This document shows, in pieces, positions 28,137 through 37,833 of a stretch of DNA of 48,210 nt. The DNA is from Promethearchaeota archaeon (lineage in GTDB: Archaea > Asgardarchaeota > Lokiarchaeia > Sigyniarchaeales > SOKP01). Below the pieces are notes generated by a model. It saw only the letters and a list, made by a program, of their open reading frames with translations, did no database searches and was not told the DNA's origin. Each line of letters starts with the position of its first letter. Positions within the stretch are counted from its first letter, which is position 1. The position numbers and the translations under genes were made by a program. The stretch lies in the NCBI GenBank assembly GCA_019894955.1, contig JAGXNQ010000003.1:1-48210 (forward strand), in the 5' to 3' direction.

Positions 28137-28622
28137 CTAGTATCTTGAATTAAATATCTCTTCAGTAGTTTTTTTACGTGTTGCTTCATTTATTATTTCA
28201 TTCCATCGTGGTTCAATTTCATTAAAAGCTTTTTCAGTCAATTGCCTAATTTCTTCGAAATTGGAAGTCAAAAATTTACTCAAGTGTGGTAAAGCACGCT
28301 TATCTTTAATTCTCATTAAGCTTTCAATGATGAATAAAACTGTCCTTCTATCAAATTCATTTTTTGTTGTTTCATTATTTAATTTTTCAATTATTCTTAA
28401 AGTGGCTTTTCCATTGCCTATTCTTCCTAGTGCCTCAATAATTCTAATTATAACAGAATTATCCCTTTCTGATTTTAATGCCCTACACAAAAGATTTACT
28501 GCCCGACCATCTCTTAAAAACCCTAATTGTTTTGCTGCTTCTACGCGACTTTCCCATTCTTTCGCATGAAATAGCTGTTTTATTAGCGCATTAAAATTTT
28601 CATTTACAACAATCCAATCCAT
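28137..28622 (-). CDS. HEAT-repeat (PBS-lyase type) protein
   Basis: Repeats of the form WESRVEAAKQLGFLRDGRAVNLLCRAL / NSVIIRIIEALGRIGNGKATLRIIEKL / DKRALPHLSKFL. ATG at 28622; the ORF extends to a TTG at 28628. Confidence 0.65.
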   Translation of the reverse strand: MDWIVVNENFNALIKQLFHAKEWESRVEAAKQLGFLRDGRAVNLLCRALKSERDNSVIIRIIEALGRIGNGKATLRIIEKLNNETTKNEFDRRTVLFIIESLMRIKDKRALPHLSKFLTSNFEEIRQLTEKAFNEIEPRWNEIINEATRKKTTEEIFNSRY

Positions 28623-28696
28623 TATCAATTTAGTATGAGAAAGATTTCATTATAATCTAATCTTTATAAAATATAAAAAATAAGTTAAGAATGAGA

Positions 28697-30019
28697 CTAT
28701 TTATTTAAAAGCGAATTCATATGATCAATTCTTTTTTGGAGTAACTTTAGAGTACCAATATCTTTTCGATGAAATAATTGACCTTCCACACATTTAACAC
28801 CCTCCTCAGCAATTTGTTCTGCCTTCTGCAAATCTTCCGCAATACCTAAGATTCCCATTGCTCTTGAAGTGGTAGTGTAAATATTATTATCTTCACGATA
28901 TACTGATGCGTAATAGTATTTTGCACCAATATTATTAAGGCTCTTCTTATCAATTTTGATTTGTTGATCCTTTTTAGGATTAGTAGGATATCCTTCTGGA
29001 GCTAAATATTTACATACTGTTGCTTGTTTTTTAAAGCTAATAGTTTGAGAGAGGTTACCATCAATAATTGCCCAACATATATCTACAAAATTTGAGTTGA
29101 GTAGGGGTAGAACATTCATAGCCTCAGGATCTCCTAACCTAGAATTATATTCTATTAATTTTAATTCTTTTGCTGTTTTCATAAAACCTCCATACAAAAA
29201 TCCTTTATAGTTTACTCCAGTTTCCGCTTTCACAGCATTTATTGTTTTTTTTATGACTTCAAGTGCCAATTTTACATCATTTTTGGTTATGAAAGGCATT
29301 AAGTGATCTTCCATTGAATAAGAACCCATTCCTCCAGTATTTGGGCCGGTATCATCTTCATATGCTCTTTTATGGTCCTGAACAAGTGGAGTACCGATTA
29401 CATTCTTTCCATCAACAAATGTTTGGAGTGTGAATTCCTCACCATAACATTTTTCTTCTATAATGAATGGGCTCTTTCCCGATACAATTTCTTGGCAATA
29501 TTCTAAAATATCTTTACGTGAAAAGAGATGCTCCCCAAAAACTTTTACACCTTTTCCCCCAGTGAGACCATCAGGTTTTACGACGATATTTTCATTCCCT
29601 ACAACATCGAGATAAGATTCAACACCCTCTATTGAGCGAAACATTTTACTCTGGATATTAGAACTAATTTTATATTTATCCAACAAATATCGTGTAAAAA
29701 TTTTTGACCCTTCAAGTTGAGCAGCTTCAATACTAGGACCAATACAAGGGATATCATGTTTTTGTATTGCATCAACGATACCTATTACAAGTGGGGCTTC
29801 TGGACCAATCACAACAAAGTCAATTCGTTTTTCCTTACAAAAATCAACAATTTCTTTAAAATCTGTCTCTGAATGGATCTTTATTCTTCCTTCAGATAAA
29901 TCTTCTAATCCTGCATTCTTAAAACTCATAAAAGAATGTAATTTTGCTCCCGAGTTAACCAAAGATTCTCCAATTACATGTTCTCTAGCACCATGACCGA
30001 CGATTAATATATTTTGCAT
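28697..30019 (-). CDS. purD: Phosphoribosylamine-glycine ligase
   Basis: ILIVGHGAREHVIGESL, FVVIGPEAPLV, the ATP-grasp VVKPDGLTGGKGVKV, GPNTGGMGSY and LIEYNSRLGDPE. Confidence 0.9.
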   Translation of the reverse strand: MQNILIVGHGAREHVIGESLVNSGAKLHSFMSFKNAGLEDLSEGRIKIHSETDFKEIVDFCKEKRIDFVVIGPEAPLVIGIVDAIQKHDIPCIGPSIEAAQLEGSKIFTRYLLDKYKISSNIQSKMFRSIEGVESYLDVVGNENIVVKPDGLTGGKGVKVFGEHLFSRKDILEYCQEIVSGKSPFIIEEKCYGEEFTLQTFVDGKNVIGTPLVQDHKRAYEDDTGPNTGGMGSYSMEDHLMPFITKNDVKLALEVIKKTINAVKAETGVNYKGFLYGGFMKTAKELKLIEYNSRLGDPEAMNVLPLLNSNFVDICWAIIDGNLSQTISFKKQATVCKYLAPEGYPTNPKKDQQIKIDKKSLNNIGAKYYYASVYREDNNIYTTTSRAMGILGIAEDLQKAEQIAEEGVKCVEGQLFHRKDIGTLKLLQKRIDHMNSLLNK

Positions 30020-30362
30020 TAAATTTCAACCTAATTATAAAATTTTATGTTAAATATGAATTAATTTGTGATTATAAAATTTTAACCTAACTACTATATA
30101 TATAACTATATATTAAGATCCCAATCTTTTTAAAATCAGAAGAACGCTTTTGAATTTATAATTTCAATTAAGAATCTGATATGATATTGTTTAAATTTGA
30201 GAAGTGGCTTTGATTTTATTAATAAAGAGAAGCCTTTGATGTGTGATAAAAGAGGGTTATATTCAAAGTGAGTATCTATACCTTTCATGCCAACTAAACT
30301 AATATATTTAATATAAGATTTTACGAAATTAAATTAAAAATATTTAAATTATATTTATAAAA

Positions 30363-31505
30363 ATGTCAGATGAATTATATAATAAAGCCGGAAATATAAT
30401 TATAAAAGCAGGAATGCTCCCTTTTCCAGTTACGGATACACTCATAGAACTATTAAAAATATTATACACAGAAGAAGAACTTGAGTTTATCATTAAAACT
30501 TTTAAAAGGAAAAAATCTCAGACTGTGGATGAATTAGAAAAAAGTAGTAAAATGGGCAAAGAAGATATCATAGGGATAATCGAACCTTTAACCGATAAAG
30601 GTGCTGTCTTCAAATCTGTTAGTTCAAGTGGACTCGTTATATATAGATTATTACCTTTAATCTTTATTGGAATATTTGAATATTTTTTAATGAAAAAAAT
30701 TCAATATAGTGAAGAAGAAAAGATAGTAGCAGTTTTATTTGAGAAATTATTTGAAGAAATTAAAGAAGTCGTGCAAGATAAATATGAGATGTTCATACCT
30801 GCTTTTTCTGCAGTACCTCCAATAGATAGAACAGTACCAATTTTAAAAACTAACGTGGGAGAAGATATAAAAATAGAAATTAACCAAGAGCTAGATTCAC
30901 CTGAAGAAAAAATCCTCCCAAAACAAGATGTAACTGAAATAATAAAGAGTTTTGAAGATATTGCTGTAGGACATTGCTTTTGTAGACAGCATCAAGATTT
31001 ATTAGGACATTCTTGTGAATATGATGCTCCTAGAGAAGTCTGTTTTACATTAGGCAAATCTGCCAGATTTACGTCTGAACATGGTTTTGCTCGAATGATA
31101 TCTCAAGAGGAGGCTTTAAAATTGATTGAAGATTCAGCAGAAGCAGGTCTTGTTCATAAAGTTTATCATCCCCAAGGAAACGTTTCTAAGGATGAAACTA
31201 GTATATGCAATTGTTGTAAAGATTGTTGTGGAACATTTACTCTTTGGAAACGTGGTACAATGCCAATGATTAATTGGAGTAATTATTTATCTAATATAGA
31301 TCATGATTCATGTATCGGATGTGGGACGTGCGTCGAAAGATGCCCAACAGATGCAATAATACTAAATGATGAAGGAAAAGCTGAAAGAAATCCTGATATT
31401 TGTATTGGATGTGGAGTTTGTGCACACTTTTGCCCCGAAAATGCGATATCATTATTAGAGGGAATAAGAAAGGTCTTTGTTCCCCCTCCTAAGCTTAAGC
31501 AATGA
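30363..31505 (+). CDS. 4Fe-4S dicluster domain protein with additional Cys-rich region
   Basis: CIGCGTCVERCP and CIGCGVCAHFCP ferredoxin motifs, preceded by CNCCKDCCG and HCFCRQH. The N-terminal half is of unknown function. Confidence 0.75.
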   Translation: MSDELYNKAGNIIIKAGMLPFPVTDTLIELLKILYTEEELEFIIKTFKRKKSQTVDELEKSSKMGKEDIIGIIEPLTDKGAVFKSVSSSGLVIYRLLPLIFIGIFEYFLMKKIQYSEEEKIVAVLFEKLFEEIKEVVQDKYEMFIPAFSAVPPIDRTVPILKTNVGEDIKIEINQELDSPEEKILPKQDVTEIIKSFEDIAVGHCFCRQHQDLLGHSCEYDAPREVCFTLGKSARFTSEHGFARMISQEEALKLIEDSAEAGLVHKVYHPQGNVSKDETSICNCCKDCCGTFTLWKRGTMPMINWSNYLSNIDHDSCIGCGTCVERCPTDAIILNDEGKAERNPDICIGCGVCAHFCPENAISLLEGIRKVFVPPPKLKQ

Positions 31506-31636
31506 ATTATTATGTATCATATATATATAATATTATTTTTTCTTTTTTTAGAGATAGAATTAAGCTAAAGTAGAAAATAAATATCACATTTTTAAAAATG
31601 TATATAGCTAATAATTTTCAAAGCTAGTGAATTTTA

Positions 31637-32233
31637 TTATAGTTGGATTTTTTGCTTAAATGAGTTAATTATATTTGATAACTCGTCCAAACGAGCATTG
31701 AAATCTTGAGGTTGTAAATTTTTAATTTTTTCAAATTTCTTAATAATGTCCTTAAATTCTTCAATCCAAATCCTCATTAAGGCTTCAGATTCTTGACCCT
31801 TAATTTTATTGCTTATTTCCTTATTTATAACTGATTTTATCGTGTCTAAGAGTTTAGCTTCATTTACAGTATAGGAAATTTTTAAAATATCCTGCTTGTT
31901 CTTAATAGTGTCAATGTCACCAAGTACATTTGATTTATGTTTGTAAAATTCTTCATTAAATTTCTTAATCATATCCATGATGATTTCTTCTTGAACCTTG
32001 ATTGTCTCTTCAATTGTATCTTGAGTTGTGTGAATCATTTTCTTGATTTCTACTGTCTCTCGTGTGATCTCATCTTCATTTTTCTTAGCTCGATATTCTA
32101 ATTTTTCGTTTACATCCTTTATCTCAATTTCGAGTTTTTTTTTCATTTCAACATTCTCTTCTGCAAGTTTATTCACCTGATCCACTAATTTTTGGAATGT
32201 TTTTAGGTTCAATTCTTCTATCTTTTTTGGCAT
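31637..32233 (-). CDS. Coiled-coil protein, unknown function
   Basis: 198 aa, rich in K, E and I, with heptad-like periodicity throughout. Its ATG overlaps the TGA of the upstream GTPase by 1 nt (TGATG). Confidence 0.6.
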   Translation of the reverse strand: MPKKIEELNLKTFQKLVDQVNKLAEENVEMKKKLEIEIKDVNEKLEYRAKKNEDEITRETVEIKKMIHTTQDTIEETIKVQEEIIMDMIKKFNEEFYKHKSNVLGDIDTIKNKQDILKISYTVNEAKLLDTIKSVINKEISNKIKGQESEALMRIWIEEFKDIIKKFEKIKNLQPQDFNARLDELSNIINSFKQKIQL

Positions 32234-33240
32234 CAGGTTTCACCTCTTTTGTTTCCATTTGAATCATTTTCAAGTTCTGGAGCAGGAAATTTACTTTCCA
32301 AGTTAAGAACTATGTTTAATTTCAATTCGAAATCGTCTTTTAGAGCTTCTAAATCAGAAGAACTTTCTTCAATCTTTTTCAAGAGTTGATCAATAGGAGT
32401 TCCCTTTATGCTAAGAATTAAATCTTTTACAAATATAAAATTCTCATAAAAAGCTTTAATCACATCAGTTTTTATCTTTTCTAATTGCAATTTATTATCT
32501 ACTGAAAGTACCGGAGTTTCGAAGGCTTTGTTATCATCAATTTCTTCTGTTACAACTTTTTTCCGAATTTTAGGGGTAATTTTCTTATGTATTGTACTGG
32601 AATCCATTGAATCTATATTAATTAATGTTCTTGTGAGTTCTTCTTCCCTCTTATCTATTAAATCTAAGAATGAAGGGATTATATCCTTGAATTTAGAAGT
32701 AAAACCTTCTGATTCAAGAGTTTTCAGAAATTTAAAGATCATTAATTCAAATGCTTCAATAACATTATCTTGTGTTTTAGCAGAAGTGAATATCAAAGGA
32801 TATTCATCCAGATTATTTTGATTCAGATTATTCAATAGACTTCCAAAAGATTCTGGTTTAACTAAATCAGATTTGTTCCCTAAATAAATTACCAAACAAT
32901 CAGGAGACTTCTCTTTAATATATTTTAGATATACTTTTTGAAGTTCAATAGTACTTTCTTTAGGATTAGATAAATCAAACACTAAAAAAGCTGCATCAAT
33001 ATTAGCAAAGAAGGATGGATTTAAAGGATTAAAAGATTTCTGTCCCCCTATATCCCATATATTAACTCGAATATGTTCATCTTCTAATTTATATTCTTTT
33101 CTTGTAATATTACTTCCTATGGTTGGAATATATATATTAGGGAATGTTTTACCAGAATATAAGTTGACGATTGAAGTCTTTCCAACTCCCCCTTCTCCTA
33201 ACACAGCGAGTTTAAGATTAATTTCATTGATAGATCTCAT
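32233..33240 (-). CDS. Rab/Ras-like small GTPase with about 170-aa C-terminal extension
   Basis: G1 GEGGVGKT, G2 PTIG, G3 WDIGGQ, G4 GNKSDL, G5 TSAK. There is no C-terminal Cys/CAAX. ATG at 33240; the ORF extends to a TTG at 33249. Confidence 0.85.
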   Translation of the reverse strand: MRSINEINLKLAVLGEGGVGKTSIVNLYSGKTFPNIYIPTIGSNITRKEYKLEDEHIRVNIWDIGGQKSFNPLNPSFFANIDAAFLVFDLSNPKESTIELQKVYLKYIKEKSPDCLVIYLGNKSDLVKPESFGSLLNNLNQNNLDEYPLIFTSAKTQDNVIEAFELMIFKFLKTLESEGFTSKFKDIIPSFLDLIDKREEELTRTLINIDSMDSSTIHKKITPKIRKKVVTEEIDDNKAFETPVLSVDNKLQLEKIKTDVIKAFYENFIFVKDLILSIKGTPIDQLLKKIEESSSDLEALKDDFELKLNIVLNLESKFPAPELENDSNGNKRGET

Positions 33241-33384
33241 TGAATCCAAAGTATCATTATCGATTTAATTTATTAGATTATAATAGGAGGTTTATTTAAA
33301 TATACACTTAGACAAAGTGTTATTCAAAATCTTTACCACCAAGTTTTTTCTAAATATATAATATACTTTTTAATGTGGGTGAAA

Positions 33385-33972
33385 TTAAGCTATATTTTTT
33401 TGATTAGAAAATTTTTTATGAGCATAAATAATGCGTTGAATAGCTGTAACATTCGATCCAATAGCTAGAAGTATCATGGTCCACCAGATAGCGTAGGGAA
33501 ACCATATTTGAAGAATAGTGCCTATTAATAGTATCGGAACCCTATCAGTACGTTCCAATAAGCCAACACCATATAGATTTTCGGTTCCTAGAGCTTCGAT
33601 TCTCGCTCTCGTATAAGATGTAAGAAAACCTCCTAATAGTGCAACCATCCCTATTTCAAATGAAGTATATGAACCTATGATCGTTCCAATCAAAATAAAA
33701 AAATCACCAATTCTATCCAATGTAGAATCTAAGAACGCACCATAAATTGTAGGTCCTTGAAGTCTTGCAACTGTCCCGTCAAGTTGATCAAAAAATTCTA
33801 CAATAAATAAGAAGATTATAATATAAGGTAATGATCGGAAATAAAATCCTATAAATGTCGCTATAGCTGATAACATGCCAAGAACTGTAAATACATTAGC
33901 AGGAATTTTTTTAAGTTTACGAGCTAATGGCAATAATAGTTTTTCAGAATACTTTTTCACTTGTAAGAGCAT
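33385..33972 (-). CDS. CDP-alcohol phosphatidyltransferase family protein
   Basis: DQLDGTVARLQGPTIYGAFLDSTLDRIGD (the D..DG..AR...G...D...D motif) in a 195-aa polytopic membrane protein. Confidence 0.85.
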   Translation of the reverse strand: MLLQVKKYSEKLLLPLARKLKKIPANVFTVLGMLSAIATFIGFYFRSLPYIIIFLFIVEFFDQLDGTVARLQGPTIYGAFLDSTLDRIGDFFILIGTIIGSYTSFEIGMVALLGGFLTSYTRARIEALGTENLYGVGLLERTDRVPILLIGTILQIWFPYAIWWTMILLAIGSNVTAIQRIIYAHKKFSNQKNIA

Positions 33973-34080
33973 TATAATTATAAAATAAACTAATTTTATT
34001 CATTGTTAATAGTCTCTTTTAAGCTTAGGTAAAAATAAAGTCTTTCTAATCTATGTTATAAAAAATAAAAAAAAAGAAAT

Positions 34081-35580
34081 TTAAATTCCATAGATCGGAT
34101 AGAATTTTTCCTCAATATATTTCAAGAAATATTCTGGATTTAGATCTTCGCCAGTTATTCGGTTAATGAGGTCATTTGCTTTGTATATGCTGCCGTGTTG
34201 ATGCACATTTTCTCTAAGATAAGCAAGCAAATTAGAAAATTCACCTTTTGCATATTCTTCTGGTAAAGAAGGTCTCTTTTTAATTGCATCACTATAGATT
34301 TGCGAAGCATATAAACTCCCCAAGAAGTAAGTTGGAAAGTATCCAATTAAACCCCAACCCCAATGAATGTCTTGTAATACTCCTTCAGCATCATCATGTG
34401 GGGTTAACCCTAAAAGTTCTTCGAATTTTGAATTCCATACTTCGTCTAATTCATTTACTTGAATTTTCCCTTCAATCAAATCTTTTTCTATTTCAAATCT
34501 CAGAATTACATGTAATCCATAGGTAACTTCATCAGCATTTACTCTAATGTAAGAAGGTTTTACCACATTAACTGCTCCATAAAAATCTTCCAAGGGATAG
34601 TCTTTCAAGTTTTCTGGGAAATACTTTTGAAAACTTGGATACCAATATTGCCAAAATTCCTTACTTCGTCCTACGATATTCTCCCACATTCTTGATTGAC
34701 TTTCATGAATACCCATTGAACAGCCATCAGCTAATATCGTATCATGGATATCTTTCTTAAATCCCATATCATATAGCGCGTGTCCACATTCATGAATTGT
34801 TCCAAATATACATTCATTGAGGAAATTTTCTGTTGTTCTTGTTGTAATTCTAGTATCTACTGAGGAAAGAGAGCTTGTGAATGGATGTGTTGATCTATCT
34901 TGTCGACCATGCGTGAGATCAAAATTAAGCTTTTTAATCATCTCAACACTTAGATTGAATTGATCATCCTCATCATATTTTTTCCTTAAAATTGCTTGTA
35001 TAGGTTTACTTGAGGAGGAGTCCAACTTTTTAACAAAATTAATTAATTTCGGTTTTATTTTATTAAAAATATTAGCAATCCAATCGTAAGTTGCACCTGG
35101 TTCAAATAAATCAATTAAAGTTGAATATAAGTCAGGGTGAGTACCCAATTTTTCAGCACGTTCTATTTGTAAAGCAACATTTTTTTCTAATAACGGTACA
35201 AATTCAGAACCTTTTAGTCTTTTCTGTTCCCGTGCTTTTTTCCAAGCTTCAACTGCTTTAGATCCTGTTTCAGTAATATCCATTACTAACTTTTCCGGTA
35301 ATTTTGTGGCTAGTAAGTGTTCTCTTTCTGACTCTCTGATCAATGCTGATTCCGTATCACTCAGATTATCAACCTTTTTTGCATTTTGAATCAATTCACC
35401 TACCTTTGAGGAAGTTACTCTTTGATGAATTAATTTTTGTACTAAGGATAACTGTTTAGATCTTCCAGATACTGAACCACTTGGCATATATGTTTCCTGA
35501 TCCCAACTTAAAAGTGAACCCACATAACTTAATCTTTTAATTTCTATAAAATATTCTTTTAAATCGTCAATTGCTGTCAT
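34081..35580 (-). CDS. M32 carboxypeptidase (Taq-type metallocarboxypeptidase)
   Basis: HECGHALY (HExxH), STHPF, HESQSRMWEN, IRVNADEVTYGLHVILRFEIE and LQDIHW. Confidence 0.9.
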   Translation of the reverse strand: MTAIDDLKEYFIEIKRLSYVGSLLSWDQETYMPSGSVSGRSKQLSLVQKLIHQRVTSSKVGELIQNAKKVDNLSDTESALIRESEREHLLATKLPEKLVMDITETGSKAVEAWKKAREQKRLKGSEFVPLLEKNVALQIERAEKLGTHPDLYSTLIDLFEPGATYDWIANIFNKIKPKLINFVKKLDSSSSKPIQAILRKKYDEDDQFNLSVEMIKKLNFDLTHGRQDRSTHPFTSSLSSVDTRITTRTTENFLNECIFGTIHECGHALYDMGFKKDIHDTILADGCSMGIHESQSRMWENIVGRSKEFWQYWYPSFQKYFPENLKDYPLEDFYGAVNVVKPSYIRVNADEVTYGLHVILRFEIEKDLIEGKIQVNELDEVWNSKFEELLGLTPHDDAEGVLQDIHWGWGLIGYFPTYFLGSLYASQIYSDAIKKRPSLPEEYAKGEFSNLLAYLRENVHQHGSIYKANDLINRITGEDLNPEYFLKYIEEKFYPIYGI

Positions 35581-35776
35581 AATATTTACTCTTTTAAAAT
35601 TGATAGAAGTTAAGCATTTTTAGTGTTAAGAGAAAAAAAAAGTTTGTCATTTGCTAGTATTAAGTTCAATAACCTTTGAAGGATTTGGAAATTTATAAGG
35701 TATTTAACTTCAATCTATCTTTATTAGAAATTTATATATTGATACTTTTAACAAATTTTTAGATATCAATTTCCAT

Positions 35777-37228
35777 CTATTTAATGATTATTGGTCTTTT
35801 ATCTTGCCAAGGAGATATATCTTCGAAAGCCTTTGAAACTTGAAGTACAGTTAATTCATCAAATCTCTTTCCTATAATTTGCATTCCAATAGGTAAACCA
35901 TCACTAGACCAACCACAAGGAATAGAAGCTGCGGGATGACCACTCATATTAAATGGGTAGGTAAAAGGTGTCCAACCTAAATCAGTCATATTTTTTCCAT
36001 TTATTATTATTCCTGTTTTCCTAGTTTCTTCCTCAATCATAAGTGATTTACCTAATTCAAAAGCGGGACATGCTATCGTAGGAGTTATTAGGATATCAAT
36101 TTTTTTAAATGCTCGACAAATATCTGCATAAACCATCTCTCGTTGAACTTCTGCAATCTTTAATTCTTTTGCAGAAAAAGATAATCCATGATTAATTATT
36201 TCTATCAAATCAGGTTCCATTTTATCTTTCCATTCTTTTAAATAGGGTTTTAATATATAACCGAATCCTGTGCTCCAAAGAGATAAAAATAAAGATTCGG
36301 GGTTTCTCAGCATAATTTTACTTTTCTCTATAGACCAGCCGAATTCTTCAAATTTTTGAAGCCCATTCATCACAGACGTTTCAACTTCAGGATCAAGAGC
36401 TTCTGCAAATCCTAAATCTAAAGAATAACCTATCTTTAATTTATTTAAAGTATCGTTTAACTTTTCTAAATAGCTAAAATTTGGTTTTGGTACAGAATAT
36501 CGATCAGAATCATCTTGACCTGCGATAACATCTAGGACTAAAGCTGCATCTTTAACATATCTCACAAGTGGACCTTTATGAGCGAAAGTCCCTAGATATC
36601 CCATCAACTTCATCGAATTCTGAGGAACTCGACCATAAGTTGATTTGAGACCAAAAATACCACAAAAGCAACATGGTATCCTTATAGACCCACCCCCATC
36701 TGATCCCATAGCTATTGGGCCTAAACCTGAAGCAACAGCACCAGCAGCACCCCCACTTGACCCTCCAGGAGTTCTTTCTAAATTCCATGGATTTTTAGTT
36801 ACTCCGAATATTAAATTATCTGTTTCTCCTTTATATCCAAAAGCAGGGGTATTAGTTTTACCTAAGATGACAACACCAGCATTTCTTAACCGTCTAACAA
36901 CAGCTTCATCATGCCGTGGTATGTTATTCTCAAACATCTTACTACCATAAGTTGTTCGGATTCCTTTGGTATCTGTTTCATCTTTAATCGAAACGGGTAT
37001 CCCGTGCAATAACCCCATTTTTTCTCTTTTGTTAACTGCTTCATCTGCTTTTTTTGCCATCTCTCGTGCTAATTCCAGCGTTGGAGTACAATAAGCGTTA
37101 ATAATCGGGTTTATTTTTTCAATTCTTTCTATGATTGCTTCTGTAATTTCTTGAGATGTTAACTCCTGTGTTTTAATTTTTTCTGCCATTTCGCAAGCAG
37201 ACATAAAACAAATTTCATCCCTCTTCAT
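35777..37228 (-). CDS. Amidase (amidase-signature family)
   Basis: GIPVSIKDETDTKG and GGSSGGAAGAVASG signature, then GSDGGGSIRIP. Confidence 0.9.
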   Translation of the reverse strand: MKRDEICFMSACEMAEKIKTQELTSQEITEAIIERIEKINPIINAYCTPTLELAREMAKKADEAVNKREKMGLLHGIPVSIKDETDTKGIRTTYGSKMFENNIPRHDEAVVRRLRNAGVVILGKTNTPAFGYKGETDNLIFGVTKNPWNLERTPGGSSGGAAGAVASGLGPIAMGSDGGGSIRIPCCFCGIFGLKSTYGRVPQNSMKLMGYLGTFAHKGPLVRYVKDAALVLDVIAGQDDSDRYSVPKPNFSYLEKLNDTLNKLKIGYSLDLGFAEALDPEVETSVMNGLQKFEEFGWSIEKSKIMLRNPESLFLSLWSTGFGYILKPYLKEWKDKMEPDLIEIINHGLSFSAKELKIAEVQREMVYADICRAFKKIDILITPTIACPAFELGKSLMIEEETRKTGIIINGKNMTDLGWTPFTYPFNMSGHPAASIPCGWSSDGLPIGMQIIGKRFDELTVLQVSKAFEDISPWQDKRPIIIK

Positions 37229-37536
37229 ATTTTCAGATAATAATGTTATCTAATTTAAATTTTTTGAATTTTTTGTCAACAATCTTTAGTTTTTTAAATT
37301 ATAATCTATTGTTTATGTTCATGCTTATATGACATTTAAGGAATTTCAATATTACATTAATTCCATTAGAAATAGTATAATTGAGAAAATTGGTCAATTA
37401 GAAAATAAATGTTAGATTCATTTTTCTTTTTTTTATAAAATCTTACAAGATCGATAAGTTAAATATATTTTCGAAAAAGAAACAATTCTTATATAAAAAA
37501 ATTATTTATAAGATTAATAATAAGAGAAATAAAAGG

Positions 37537-37809
37537 ATGATAGAAATAATTATCAGTGTTATTAGCGCTTTTTTCTTAATAAGTTTACATTTTTATCTGA
37601 CCAGAAAAATAAAAAATCATACTACCATTCTGTTGATTTCAATGAGCTTGCTTGTAATATTGCTATTATTCAATTTATTTATCATTAGCCCTATCATTAA
37701 TTTTATCATTACATTTACAATATTTACGATTCTCCTTCTTTTAATTTTTGAAGTAATTAAAACATCACGTGCATTATCTCTATTTCAAGAAGAAAAAATC
37801 AAGGAATAA
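37537..37809 (+). CDS. Small membrane protein
   Basis: 90 aa with three hydrophobic helices. It ends 24 nt upstream of the next membrane-protein gene on the same strand. Confidence 0.4.
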   Translation: MIEIIISVISAFFLISLHFYLTRKIKNHTTILLISMSLLVILLLFNLFIISPIINFIITFTIFTILLLLIFEVIKTSRALSLFQEEKIKE

Positions 37810-37833
37810 TTATCATAAAAAAGAGAGTTAACT

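Noticed and set aside
30199-30240. Direct repeat GAGAAG(TG)GCTTTGAT / GAGAAGCCTTTGAT upstream of the Fe-S protein gene; also the ATAAAATTTTAT palindromes at about 30040-30095
   Set aside because: These are short, imperfect and lie in very AT-rich spacer DNA where such matches arise by chance. There is no supporting context.
31637-32233. Coiled-coil protein as ESCRT-III/Snf7
   Set aside because: Size and helicity fit, but I see neither the basic N-terminal/acidic C-terminal asymmetry nor the Snf7 core pattern. No Vps4 or ESCRT genes are nearby.
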